Below are positions 19,986 through 30,421 of a DNA stretch of 64,000 nt, piece by piece (the stretch's first letter is position 1; each line of letters opens with the position of its first letter). Origin of the DNA: Rebecca billardiae RCC1528 (taxonomy: Eukaryota > Protista > Haptophyta); contig OZ251225.1 of assembly GCA_965240325.2 (NCBI GenBank), positions 620,001 to 684,000 on the forward strand, given 5' to 3'. The notes under the pieces are model-generated. The model had not been told where the DNA came from. It did no database searches and saw only the letters and a list, made by a program, of their open reading frames with translations. A program made the position numbers and the translations under genes.

Positions 19986-22487
19986 ATGACGACACGGATG
20001 GCATCGTCCGTGCTCCTCGCGACGGTCCTGGTCCTGGGCTGGGCGTCGGCAGCAGTGGGCAGCGGTGCGGGTGCCGACGCCGGGTTCCCCACCGCCCACG
20101 CGCCCGCGCACGCCGCGCGCACGCGTGCCGATGACGCCGCCTTTGCGAGCGACCCGATCGCGATGGCCAAGCCCCCGATCCGCGAGAGCTGGGATCAGCC
20201 GCAGCCCGACGACCCGCAGACCTTGTACGCGCTGGTCGCGGCGTCGATGCGGGCCCACGCGGAGCTTCCCGCCTTGGGCTACCTGCCCGTCGCCGGCGGG
20301 CCGGTGAGCTCGCGCGTGCACATCACGTACGCGCAGCTGTCGTACCTGGTCATGCGCGCGGCGCGCAGCATGCACGCGCTCGGGCTGCGCGCGGGCGAGC
20401 GGCTGATGCTGCTCGCGCCCAACTGCCCCGAGTGGGCGGTCTCTGCGTACGCAGCCAACGCGCTCGGCGCCGTGTACACCGCCATGTACCCGCAGGCGCA
20501 GCCGCGCGAGTGGGTGGAGATTGTGCGAGACGCGCAGCCGTCGCTGCTGGTCGTGGGCAACGCGACGCAGCTCGAGGCGCTGCACGAGGCGGCGCGCGCG
20601 GCGGGCGTGCGGCTGCCGCGCATGCGCGTCGTGGTGCTCGGCGGCGAGCACGACCGCGCCGGGCTGCTCGGCGCGTCCGGCCCGCCGCCGGACGCGGCGC
20701 GCGCGCGCGAGCAGCCCGCGAGCGCGCGCATGCGCCTGCGCGCCGCGCTGCGCGCGCGCTCGCCCCTCGGCTGGGCCGAGTTCTTGCAGGTGGGCGCGGA
20801 CAGCCCCGACGCCGTCCGGCTGGGCGCGGGCGGGCCCGCGTCGCTCTGCGCCCTCGTGTACACCTCGGGCACCACCGGCGTGCCCAAGGGCGTGATGCTC
20901 ACCAACTGGAACATCGTGAGCAACGTGCTGGGCGCGCACCACATGGGCGGCGTGCGCGCGGGCGAGCGCACCGCCTCCTTCCTGCCGTGGGCGCACGCGT
21001 TCGGATCGACGCTCGACCTGCACTTCATGCTCGGTGCGCGCCGCGCGCACCGCCGCGCGCCCATGGCTCGCCCACGGCTCACGCTCGCCCGCGCTGCGCG
21101 CTCGGCCGCGCCGCGCGCGCCGCTCCGCGGCCCCCTCCTGCTCGTGCCTCCGCGCGTGTCTGCTGCCTCCGCGCGTGTCTGCCTCCGCGCGTGTCTGCTG
21201 CCTCCGCGCGTGTCGCGCGCGCGCAGCCAAGGGCGCGCACCTCAACCTGATCTCCGACACGTCGCGCATCGTGGTGGAGGCGCAGGCGATCCGGCCGCAC
21301 GTGATGCTCGCCGTGCCCCGCGTGTGGGCCACCTTCCACGACCGCGTGTGCGCCGCGATGGAGGCCAGCCCGATCAAGCGGCGCCTCTTTGCCGCCGCGT
21401 GCGACGAGGCACGCTCGAGGCTCGGGCGCGCGCGCGTGGACGCGGTCGCCGTCCCGCCCGCGACGAGGCGGGACAAGGTGCGCGGCGGAGCGGCGCTCGG
21501 CGCGCGGCGGCGGCGCGCGCGCGCGCGCGCGTCGGCGCGCGCCCAGCCCCGGCGCCCCACCACCGCCCGTGCCCCCCTTCCGCGCCCCGCGCCGCCGCCC
21601 CCGCCGCCGCCGCGCAGCTGCTCGACGCGCTCGTGTGGCGCAGGGTGCGCGCGCGGCTGGGCGGCGAGCTGCGCCTCTCCATCTCGGGCGCGGCGCCGCT
21701 CGCGCCGCACATCTGCGACTTCTTGCGCATGGTGGGCATCGGCGTGCTCGAGGGGTACGGGCTGAGCGAGACGGCGCCCCTCGTCGCGGGCAACGGCGTG
21801 CACGGCCTCGCCTCGTGCGCGCGCGGCACCGTCGGCCACCCGATCCCGGGCGTGCGCGTCGAGCTCGTGCCGCCGAGCGGGTGGGCGGGCGCGACGAGCG
21901 CGGGCGAGGGCGAGCTGGTCGTGCACGGGCCCAACGTGATGCGCGGGTACTGGCGCAAGCCGCTGCAGACGCGGCGCGTGCTGCGTGGCGACGGCGGCTT
22001 CTGCACGGGCGACACGGCGGTGTGGACGCCCTCCGGCCACCTGCGCATCACCGGCCGGCTCAAGGAGCAGTTCAAGCTCGCCAACGGCCGGTACGTCGCG
22101 CCGGCCTCGCTCGAGGAGTCGCTGCGCCGCGCGCCCGTCGTCGCGCAGTGCTTGGTCGACGGGCGCGGCAAGCGCGCGCCGTTCGCGCTGGTCGTGCCCG
22201 AGCCGGGCGCGCTGCGCGCGCTGCTTGCCGCCAACGCGGTCGACGTGGGCGACGGCAGCCTGCGCGCCATGTGCGCGCAGCCCGCGGCCGCTCAGGTCGT
22301 GCTCGACGCGTTGCGCGCCGCGACCGCGGACCCGGCCGCTGGGTGGAAGCCCTACGAGCGGCTGCAGGCGGTGATCCTGGACGCGGACGAGTGGACGGTG
22401 GGCAACGGGCTACTCACGCCGTCGCTCAAGGTGAAGCGCCAGCCGGTGCTCGCGCGGCACGATGATGCGGTCGGCACCCTCGCTTGA
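19986..22487 (+). CDS. Long-chain acyl-CoA synthetase (AMP-binding); introns 21034-21226, 21478-21617
   Basis: YTSGTTGVPKGVML, SFLPWAH, VPRVW, SGAAPL, EGYGLSE, GPNVMRGYW, TGD, LTPSLKVKR. N-terminal signal peptide. Confidence 0.93.
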   Translation: MTTRMASSVLLATVLVLGWASAAVGSGAGADAGFPTAHAPAHAARTRADDAAFASDPIAMAKPPIRESWDQPQPDDPQTLYALVAASMRAHAELPALGYLPVAGGPVSSRVHITYAQLSYLVMRAARSMHALGLRAGERLMLLAPNCPEWAVSAYAANALGAVYTAMYPQAQPREWVEIVRDAQPSLLVVGNATQLEALHEAARAAGVRLPRMRVVVLGGEHDRAGLLGASGPPPDAARAREQPASARMRLRAALRARSPLGWAEFLQVGADSPDAVRLGAGGPASLCALVYTSGTTGVPKGVMLTNWNIVSNVLGAHHMGGVRAGERTASFLPWAHAFGSTLDLHFMLGARRAHRRAPMARPRLTLARAARSAAPRAPLRGPLLLVPPRVSAASARVCLRACLLPPRVSRARSQGRAPQPDLRHVAHRGGGAGDPAARDARRAPRVGHLPRPRVRRDGGQPDQAAPLCRRVRRGTLEARARARGRGRRPARDEAGQGARRSGARRAAAARARARVGARPAPAPHHRPCPPSAPRAAAPAAAAQLLDALVWRRVRARLGGELRLSISGAAPLAPHICDFLRMVGIGVLEGYGLSETAPLVAGNGVHGLASCARGTVGHPIPGVRVELVPPSGWAGATSAGEGELVVHGPNVMRGYWRKPLQTRRVLRGDGGFCTGDTAVWTPSGHLRITGRLKEQFKLANGRYVAPASLEESLRRAPVVAQCLVDGRGKRAPFALVVPEPGALRALLAANAVDVGDGSLRAMCAQPAAAQVVLDALRAATADPAAGWKPYERLQAVILDADEWTVGNGLLTPSLKVKRQPVLARHDDAVGTLA

Positions 22488-22942
22488 GCGTTTGTCATCA
22501 GTGCATTGTGCAACCGCGCAGTGCGGCTTTCCGGGCCAGGCTGCTCGCACTGCGGCTGGCATGCCACGCTCATGTGACCATGGGCATGTGCGGCCCGGAC
22601 CACGCCCGACGCCGGTCGACGCGGTGCCGCCGGAATCGCCGGATCTAGACTGTTAGTCTACGACTAATTAGAGTCTAAATAGTAAATAGAATCTTCCGCC
22701 CCGGCCACGCGACACAGATTATTCAATAACTTCAAGGCCATCATGGCTGAGGCATGAGCCGCGGTCACTGGTCAGACCGCGGCGGCGCCCGGCGGGGCGC
22801 GGCCCGGCCGCGGCGCGGAACCGGCCCGCCGCCCCGCGCGGCCGACCCGGCACGATCGCGTCGCCGATCGGGCCGGGACTCCGGTGCCCGGGCGGCTGAC
22901 ATGCTGATGCATAATACCCTGAGCACAAGTTTATTCTTTCGA

Positions 22943-23103
22943 CAGCTTCGACAAAACAACAAGACCCCCCATCGTCGACGCAAGCGCTCGTTTTCCCAGC
23001 ATTGGTACCGTGGTACCTCTCAGGCTGCCTGCACGTCCGCGGGGAGGCCGAGACTGGTCGGACGCCATCGGCGATGGGGGGTCTTGTTGTTTTGTCGAAG
23101 CTG
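22943..23103. repeat. 38-bp inverted repeat with 85-bp spacer (MITE-like)
   Basis: CAGCTTCGACAAAACAACAAGACCCCCCATCG... at 22943-22980; reverse complement at 23066-23103 with 2 mismatches. Confidence 0.85.
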
Positions 23104-23335
23104 CGGCCGGAATTATTCAGAGCAAGTGAGGCACCTCGCGCCGAATGAATTGCGAATAATTGCTTTCGCTTCATGGGTCCGAGGGAAACTTCATCACCAC
23201 CAACTGCCACCTCAGAGGTTCCACAAACCAGCCATTCTAATAAGTCGTTCACACCCGCACCGGCCGTCGTCCTCCATATCCGATCGACAACGTCCCGCGA
23301 ATCGGTGTGACACCGCGCTCCCGCCTTCCGGCGCG

Positions 23336-23869
23336 ATGTCGCCAACACTCCGCGAACCGATCAACTCGCTCGCGAAGATCTACACGCAATACAGCGCATC
23401 CAGTGGGTTGACTGAGGGCTCGAGCACTGGCTTGACGTCTCGCAGATTCTTCGACCTCTGCCACGACTGCAGCCTCGCAGAGAACGCTGTGTCGAGCGTC
23501 GCCATCCTTCACATGTCCTTCATGCGAGCCGCACGTTCATCCTCAGGGAGCGCCGAGCCTGCACACGCGATGGCACACTCAGCAGACTGGGGCGAGAAGA
23601 AAATCAACTTCAGCCAATTCCTCCTCGCCCTCGACTACATGGCCGCATCACGAGGCGTGCCCCCTGAAGTCCTGCATGAGCGCATTGTGCGCAAGGCGCG
23701 CAACTCGGGCAGCCCACATGGCGCGCGCACACGCTCCGCGCCGCCGTCGAACGTGAATGGCGTCGGAGTCTACGACGGTCGGCGGCTATACACAGCATTG
23801 TCACGAAACCATTCGGGCTCGCCGCATAACCGGAGAACATGGAACGTCGGGCAGACACTCCAGTCGTGA
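23336..23869 (+). CDS. TPPP/p25-alpha family tubulin-polymerisation-promoting protein
   Basis: L..IYTQY, LTSRRFFDLCHDCSL, KKINFSQFLLALDYMAASRG, RLYT. Start taken at the internal ATG. Confidence 0.7.
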   Translation: MSPTLREPINSLAKIYTQYSASSGLTEGSSTGLTSRRFFDLCHDCSLAENAVSSVAILHMSFMRAARSSSGSAEPAHAMAHSADWGEKKINFSQFLLALDYMAASRGVPPEVLHERIVRKARNSGSPHGARTRSAPPSNVNGVGVYDGRRLYTALSRNHSGSPHNRRTWNVGQTLQS

Positions 23870-24131
23870 CGCCTGACGGGCCTCGATTTGCGCGCAGTTG
23901 TGACCGCACGACTCGGCACGACTGACTGACGGGCAGCGTGGTCCTACCATCTAGGTCTTCCGTCGTAGTAGTTGTACACTAGTACACTGTAGTGAGTGTG
24001 ACGACATCCTGAGAGTAGTAGCATTGACACTGACAGACGCGCGGCCGGCCGGAGAGACGAGTGACGACTGAGTGCCCCGCAGAAGTATACTAATATTATA
24101 ATTACTGATAGCTAAGCGCTAGTCAGATTAA

Positions 24132-24287
24132 CACTACGACCGAGTCAGTTATATAAATCATTTCACGGCTCGCGCGGCAAGCAGCGAGGTGACGCAGGCC
24201 CGCGGGCTTAATACTACGACCGAGTCAGTTATATAAATCATTTCACGGCGCTCGCGCGGCAAGCCGCGAGGTGACGCAGGCCCGCGG
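24132..24287. repeat. ~80-bp tandem duplication
   Basis: ACTACGACCGAGTCAGTTATATAAATCATTTCACGG...GACGCAGGCCCGCGG occurs twice. Confidence 0.9.
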
Positions 24288-25477
24288 CAGGGCCCAGGCG
24301 ACGCCCGCGACATTTCTGATTACTATTCATATCAAAACAATTAGCGCGCTATATATATAGCTAGCTAGCAATTCATTTGACAGTGAGTGAGGAGTGCCGA
24401 TTCAGGTCACTGCGTCTGCCGTCGCCCAGCCGGCAGCCTACGACGGTACAGAAGTGCGTCAGCCGAAGCAACTTAGTCTTAGACAGAATTCAGACTAAGA
24501 GTAAGAACATCAGCCTGATCAGGATTCAGGGATTCGTCAGCTCGATCGAGTACTTCGTCTAAGGTCACTCTTTGCGATCCGTGACTCGGATCACGCGACA
24601 CGCCACACGGGCACGGCCCACGGCCACGGGGGCACTGACACTCGTGGGCGTGGCGCTCGGCGCGCTCGCCACGCTCTCCGCGTCTGACTCGGACGGCACC
24701 GCCCCGCGGCCGCGTTATCGAGAAGGACGCCGCCGGCCCGCTGGGGAGTCAGGACCCGCATCATAGTGCGGTTCCTGAGTCCCGTTTCTAACTGGAACGG
24801 CGTGCAACGCTAGCTTGCATCGCTCGGTGGAGCCTCAGCAGTGACAATGATATACGACACGAATCGTCATCATCAGTCACGAACGGTCGACGGTCCCGCC
24901 TACTCCCCGACTAACCGTGCTCGCCGCGCAGCGCTCTCGAGCTTGGCGAGTCCCGGTCGGGGTCCCGGACACGGCCCGGGCGCACTTAGCATCGGCAGTG
25001 ACTCCGGGCACTAGCTCGGGCCGCGCGCCCGGTCAGGCCCGGCGACGAAGAGTCGCCGTCGGGCGCCCGTCGGCCGCCCGGGCCGCGCGCCGCGCGGCCC
25101 GCCGGCCGCGGGCCGGACCGCGGGGCAGGCCCGCTTCAGCTCAAGTGACCCTGCCCGGTGGCTGCTGCGACGGCTCACTGCTGGGCGATCATCCTCACAT
25201 CAGAGGAATTACCGACACGTGGTGTCGCCGCGGACCAGTCACAGTGCTGCTGAGTAGCCAACCGACACCCGCACCGTCCGCGCGGTCAGCCCCGAGCCCG
25301 TCCGCGGGTCTGAAGGGCCGTCCGCCTGCCGCCGTGCGACGACATCCACGGCCACACTGTGGCCCGGTCGACGCACGCCTCACTGGCAGGCGGCCAGCTC
25401 GCCACCATCGGACCAGCGCCGCCTCCACCGCGGCCGAAGTCGTCCTAGCACCGCAGATCACTGAGCACTCAGATCGG

Positions 25478-27272
25478 TCAGTGCTGCGTCCACTGGATTT
25501 TGCTCAGGTCGACGCCCTCCTGCACCATCTCCCAGAGCGGGCTCATCTGGCGCAGGCGCTCCACGTGCCGCACGCACATGTTGATCGCGTGGTCCACCTG
25601 CGCGTCGCAGCGGCGCGGATGCCAGGCGCGCGCCGGGCGACCCGTGTGGTGAGCAGCCCGCGGGGGCGGCCGCGCGGCCGCGGACGCTGCGGGGCCACCG
25701 GCCGCGCTGGCACGCACCTCGCCCTCGGTCGTGAAGCGGCCGATGCCGAAGCGGATGGAGGTGTGCGCCATGTCCTCCTCGACGCCGAGCGCGCGCAGCA
25801 CGTACGACGGCTCGAGCGAGTCGCTCGTGCACGCGCTGCCGGACGAGACCGCAATGTCCTTGAGCGCCATGATCAGGCTCTCACCCTCCACGTACGCAAA
25901 CGACACGTTCAGGTTGCCGCAGTAGCGCTGGTCGACGTCGCCGTTGATCGTGATGTGCGGGACCCTCTCGACGAGCGCCGTGCGCAGCTTCTGCGAGAGG
26001 CGGCTGATGTGCGCCGCGTCGCGCTCCATCTCGTGGGCGGCGACCTCGCACGCCGCGCCGAGCCCGACGACGAGCGGGTGCGGCAGCGTGCCCGAGCGGA
26101 GGCCGCGCTCCTGCCCGCCGCCGTTGATCACGGGCTCGAGCCTCACGCGCGGTCGCCGCCGCACGTACAGCGCGCCGACGCCCTTCGGGCCGTACACCTT
26201 GTGTCCCGAGATGGACATAAGGTCCACGTTCCACGCATCCACGTCCACGGGGATCTTGCCGAGCGCCTGCGCCGCGTCGCAGTGGAAGAAGACCTGGCGG
26301 AGGCACGCACGCCGTGCAGGGGCGCGCGCAGATGGTGAGAGGCGCCGACGCCCGCCCGGCGGCGCCCGCCCAGCCGCCCAGCCGCCAGCGCTCGGGGATG
26401 CGCGCCGGGCGCGCAGCCGGCTCCTCGCCCGCGCGCTCGCCCGTCGCCTCCCTCGCCCGCGCACTCCGCGGCGCGCGCCCGCGGCCGCCGGCGCGGCGCG
26501 GCCAGCTGTGCGCGGCCGCACCTTCTTCTGCCTGCACAGCCGGCCAATCTCCTCGACCGGCTGCAGCACGCCGATCTCGTTGTTGATGGCCATCACGCTG
26601 ACGAGCGCGGTGTCGTCCGTGATCGCCGCCTCCAGCTGCGCCATGTCGACCAGCCCGTTCGTCTGCACGGGCAGGTAGGTGACGCGCATGCCCTCGGTCT
26701 CCATCTGCCTGCACGAGTCGAGCACGCACTTGTGCTCGGTCGAGACGGTGATGATGTGGTTCTTCTTCGGGCGGTAGAAGCGGCCGACGCCCTTGATGGA
26801 CACGTTGTTGCTCTCGGTCGCGCCCGATGTGAAGATGATCTCCTTCGGGTCCGCGCTGATCAGGTCCGCCACCTGCTGGCGCGCGTGCGCCACGCCGTCG
26901 GCCGCCTCCCAGCCGTACGAGTGCGAGCGCGAGTGCGGGTTGCCATACATGCCGGTCATGTGCGGCAGCATGGCGTCGAGGACGCGCGGGTCCATCGGAG
27001 TCGTCGCCTGCGCATGGCGCCGCGCGAGGACCCACCAGTGAGCCTCACTCAGGGCGTGGATGCGCTCCGCGCAGCGCATGCCGCGCCCATGCGCCGTCGC
27101 GCGCGCGCATCCGCGCGCGCACGCCTACCTGCGAGTCCAGGTAGATGGCCTTGCCGGGCAGTGCCTCGCCGGCAATGCTAAAGGACGCCGACGGATGCGT
27201 CGCCGACGACAGCCGGCGGCTCCCGCGCCGCGCATGCGCGGTCAGTCCGAGTGCGCGCCTCATGCCCCTCAT
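25478..27272 (-). CDS. NFS1: Mitochondrial cysteine desulfurase; introns 27008-27128, 26294-26521, 25598-25717
   Basis: [42 protein letters not shown] (PLP Lys), SSGSACTS (catalytic Cys), SPLWEM, C-terminal WTQH. Arg-rich presequence. Confidence 0.97.
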
Positions 27273-27509
27273 CCACTTCGCTCGTGCGCGCGCGCCACCC
27301 CCGCTTTGATGCAGGCGGCCCAGTTTTACCCGGACAGGATGTACGTTAGAGAAGATGCCGGAATCCTGTCAAGCGAGCGCTCGCGCCCCCAGCCGGAGCG
27401 CTCGCGCACGGTTTGAACCGCCGAGCTTTTTCCAGTTGGCGCGTTCAGTCGGCCAGTGGCAAGGGCTCCCAGCGGCGGCGCCCGAGCGCCCGCGACCTCG
27501 CGACGCAGC

Positions 27510-29846
27510 ATGTCGGGCGCGGGGCCGCCGGCTCTCACGCGTGATGGAGTCAGCCGGCTGCGCCTGGAAGAGGGCTGGCGCTCGGATGTCGGCGGCCTTT
27601 CCGCGGAGCCGCTCGTGCTCCAGCTCACGCAGCTGCGCCGCTTCGCCATCGACCGCGACTTCCAGAGCATCAACGGGATGAACGTCGCGCTGCCGCCGTG
27701 CGCGGACGCGTTCGAGCTCACGCTCTCCGACGGCAAGGGCACCAAGCGCTGCGTGCTCAGCACGCTGCTCAACCGCGCCGTGTATCGCGGCAAGCTCAAG
27801 CCGCACGCCGTGCTCCGCGTCGCCAAGTTCAAGCACCAGCGCGCCCTCGACCAGGACCTCTCGGAGCCGCCGACCGTCGTCCTCACCGACCTCGAGCCGA
27901 TCGGCGTGGCGGACGGCGTGATCGAGGCGGTGCAGGGCGCGCCGCCCGCCGCGACGGACCGCGAGCTGACGAGCGACAGCCCCATCGCCGGCGCCCGCCG
28001 CTTCTTCCTCCGGCTCGAGTGCAACAGCGTGCTGGTCACCGACAAGTGGCGGCGCGATCCGAGCGAGGCGCTCGACCTCGACCTGACGGCCGCGGCGGAC
28101 GAGCGGCGCGAGGAGGAGGACGGTGGCGAGAGCGACGAGCAGACGCTCGACGTGAACGACGGGCCTGCGCGCAAGCTCGGCCGCGCGGCCGCGCGCGCGC
28201 CGTCGATCCAGGCCGTGCTCGCCGAGCACATTGACGCGCACGCGCGCGGCACGCGCAAGAATCGGAAGCGCACCGCCGCCGGCGCGCCGGCGGGTGGCCG
28301 CGACCCCGAGATGCTCGTCGGCCGCGTGGTGCGCAAGGGCGCGCTGACGCACTTCGCCAAGCCCGAGCACACGGGCAAGGAGTCCGCGTACCCCATCTTC
28401 TTCTCGCTCGCGCTGCAGGACAGCGAGGGCGGCGAGATCGAGCTGAGTGTGTGGAACTACGCGTGCGTGCGCTTCTGGGGAGCCGTGCAGCTCGGCGAGG
28501 TCGTCCTCGCCACCCACTTCCGCATGAAGCCGCCGCGCGTGCACAGCGGCGGGGGCGACGAGGCCGCCGCGCCCGCGGCCGCGCGGTGGGAGGCGGCGAT
28601 CAACGCGTCCAACCCCACGGGCCGGCTGCTCGCGCTCTCAGCCGACGACCTGCGCGGGCTGCGCGCGACCGCGCTGCCGGCGCGCGTCGACGTGCCCGTG
28701 TGCCAACCGTGGAGCGTGCAGCAGGCGCTCGCGCTCTCGGCGGAGCACGCCGAGCCGTGCGACGTGTTCGGCGTGCTGGTGCACGCGACCGAGCCCGTGC
28801 GGCTGGCCGTGAGCTTCGCCGCGCCCGCCGCACCCGCCGCGGGCAGGCCGCCGCTCGACCCGGCGATCGCCTCCGAGCCGAGCGCGTTCGCGTACGGCCG
28901 CTGGCTCACGCTCGCCGCCGCGGCCGAGCCCGAGTCGGGCGCGCGCGCGGCGGCGGGCGCGCGCGGCGCGCAGCCGACCTCGCGCGCGCTGCGCGTGTGG
29001 ATGGAGGAGCGCGCGTGCGATCAGCTCGGCGGCGCCGCGCCCATCGGCGCGCGCCCGATGGTCGTCGTGCTCACCGCGCTGCGCGTGGTCGTGGGCGGCG
29101 CCGGCCGCGCCCGCTACGCTCGGTGCACGCCCCTCAGCCTGGGCGCGCGCGCGCACAAGCTGCTGCCCAACGACCCGCGCGTGCGCGCGCTGATCGACGC
29201 GCTGCGCGACCAGCCGACGCTCGGCGCCGCGCTGCAGAGCGCCCACGCCCTCGAGCCCGCCCTGCTCCTCGTGCCCGCGCCCGCGTGCGCGCTGCTGCCG
29301 CGCGACGCGTTTGGGTCCAAGGCGGAGCTGGCCGCACTGCCGCTGCTGGCGGCGCCGAGCGCGCTCGCGCCCGCGCCGACGTGCGCCGTGTCGCAGCTGG
29401 CCGAGGTCGAGGCGCGGCTGCACGCGCAGCAGCAGCGCATGGTCGTGCTGCGCGGCGTCGTGCGCGCGCTCCACGCCCGCCCGTACCTCCCGACCGCGTG
29501 GATGTTCGAGCTGAGCGTCAGCGACGCTGCCGACGACGAGGGCGCGCCCGTCGTGCTCGCCGTGCGCGTGCCAATCGAGGGCGCCGTGGACGCGCGCGCG
29601 CGGCTGCGCGCTTTGCTCGGGCTGGAGGAGGAGGGCGACGGCGTGCCCTCCGCCTACCAGCCGGGTGCGCCGCCCGAAGCGCTCGCGCGCCTCGTCTTCG
29701 CCGAGATCGACGGCAGGCAGGCGGACTGCGCGGTCGACCTGCACTTCCGAGGCGGCGACGACGCCGTGACGCGGCAGCTCGCGGCCGCCTTCTGCGCGCC
29801 GCCGGCAGGCTCCGGCGCCGTCGGCCGTGGTGCGCAGCAGCGATGA
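27510..29846 (+). CDS. RADX-like (RPA1-related) multi-OB-fold ssDNA-binding protein
   Basis: FELTLSDG...KRCVLSTLLNRAVYRGKLK; PIAGARRFFL; LVGRVVRKGALTHFAKP...YP...LQDSEGGEIELSVWN..C..FW..VQLG. Confidence 0.65.
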   Translation: MSGAGPPALTRDGVSRLRLEEGWRSDVGGLSAEPLVLQLTQLRRFAIDRDFQSINGMNVALPPCADAFELTLSDGKGTKRCVLSTLLNRAVYRGKLKPHAVLRVAKFKHQRALDQDLSEPPTVVLTDLEPIGVADGVIEAVQGAPPAATDRELTSDSPIAGARRFFLRLECNSVLVTDKWRRDPSEALDLDLTAAADERREEEDGGESDEQTLDVNDGPARKLGRAAARAPSIQAVLAEHIDAHARGTRKNRKRTAAGAPAGGRDPEMLVGRVVRKGALTHFAKPEHTGKESAYPIFFSLALQDSEGGEIELSVWNYACVRFWGAVQLGEVVLATHFRMKPPRVHSGGGDEAAAPAAARWEAAINASNPTGRLLALSADDLRGLRATALPARVDVPVCQPWSVQQALALSAEHAEPCDVFGVLVHATEPVRLAVSFAAPAAPAAGRPPLDPAIASEPSAFAYGRWLTLAAAAEPESGARAAAGARGAQPTSRALRVWMEERACDQLGGAAPIGARPMVVVLTALRVVVGGAGRARYARCTPLSLGARAHKLLPNDPRVRALIDALRDQPTLGAALQSAHALEPALLLVPAPACALLPRDAFGSKAELAALPLLAAPSALAPAPTCAVSQLAEVEARLHAQQQRMVVLRGVVRALHARPYLPTAWMFELSVSDAADDEGAPVVLAVRVPIEGAVDARARLRALLGLEEEGDGVPSAYQPGAPPEALARLVFAEIDGRQADCAVDLHFRGGDDAVTRQLAAAFCAPPAGSGAVGRGAQQR

Positions 29847-30421
29847 GTGCCGCGCACCGAGTCCAGGCGCGGCGTGGTCGAGGCGGCGTGTGCCAGGCAC
29901 ACGAGACGCGATTATCTCGAGAGGCCCGCACGGCATATCCGCATATCCAGCCAACCATCAATATGGCGCTGCTGCCAGCGGCAACTGGCAGTGGATCCAA
30001 CGTCTTGCGTCAGTTTGAGGCAGCATCGACTTCGAGATCATCACCGTCAGCAGTGGCATCATGCTGATCATCGAATCGCGCTCTAGCGCGCGCTGCTATA
30101 TTCTGACTCATGAGTATGATGTATAGATATAGCCATCTCACTCATTATCATCGTCGTCGGACCGTAGAGTCAGACCATCATTGGCGAGTGGCGACCGCGT
30201 AGGCGCGTAGTGGGCGTGGCGTTGGCCGTTGCCCTGAGGGCCTGAGGCTCCGGCCGAGCCCGAGGTCGAGGAGGGCCGAGAGCCGAATGGCGATATATTC
30301 GTGCGACGAATTCCCGTGCCGCCGGCGGGCCGCCGTGCCAAACCGCCCGGGCGCAGGGAAGCGTGCCCATCGGCCGGCCGCGCAGCTCGCCTCACCCCCA
30401 GGCTCGCACACGCGTCGCCGG

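Noticed and set aside
22754-23335. N-terminal extension of the TPPP ORF
   Set aside because: It runs through an inverted repeat and lacks codon bias, so the internal ATG at 23336 is preferred.
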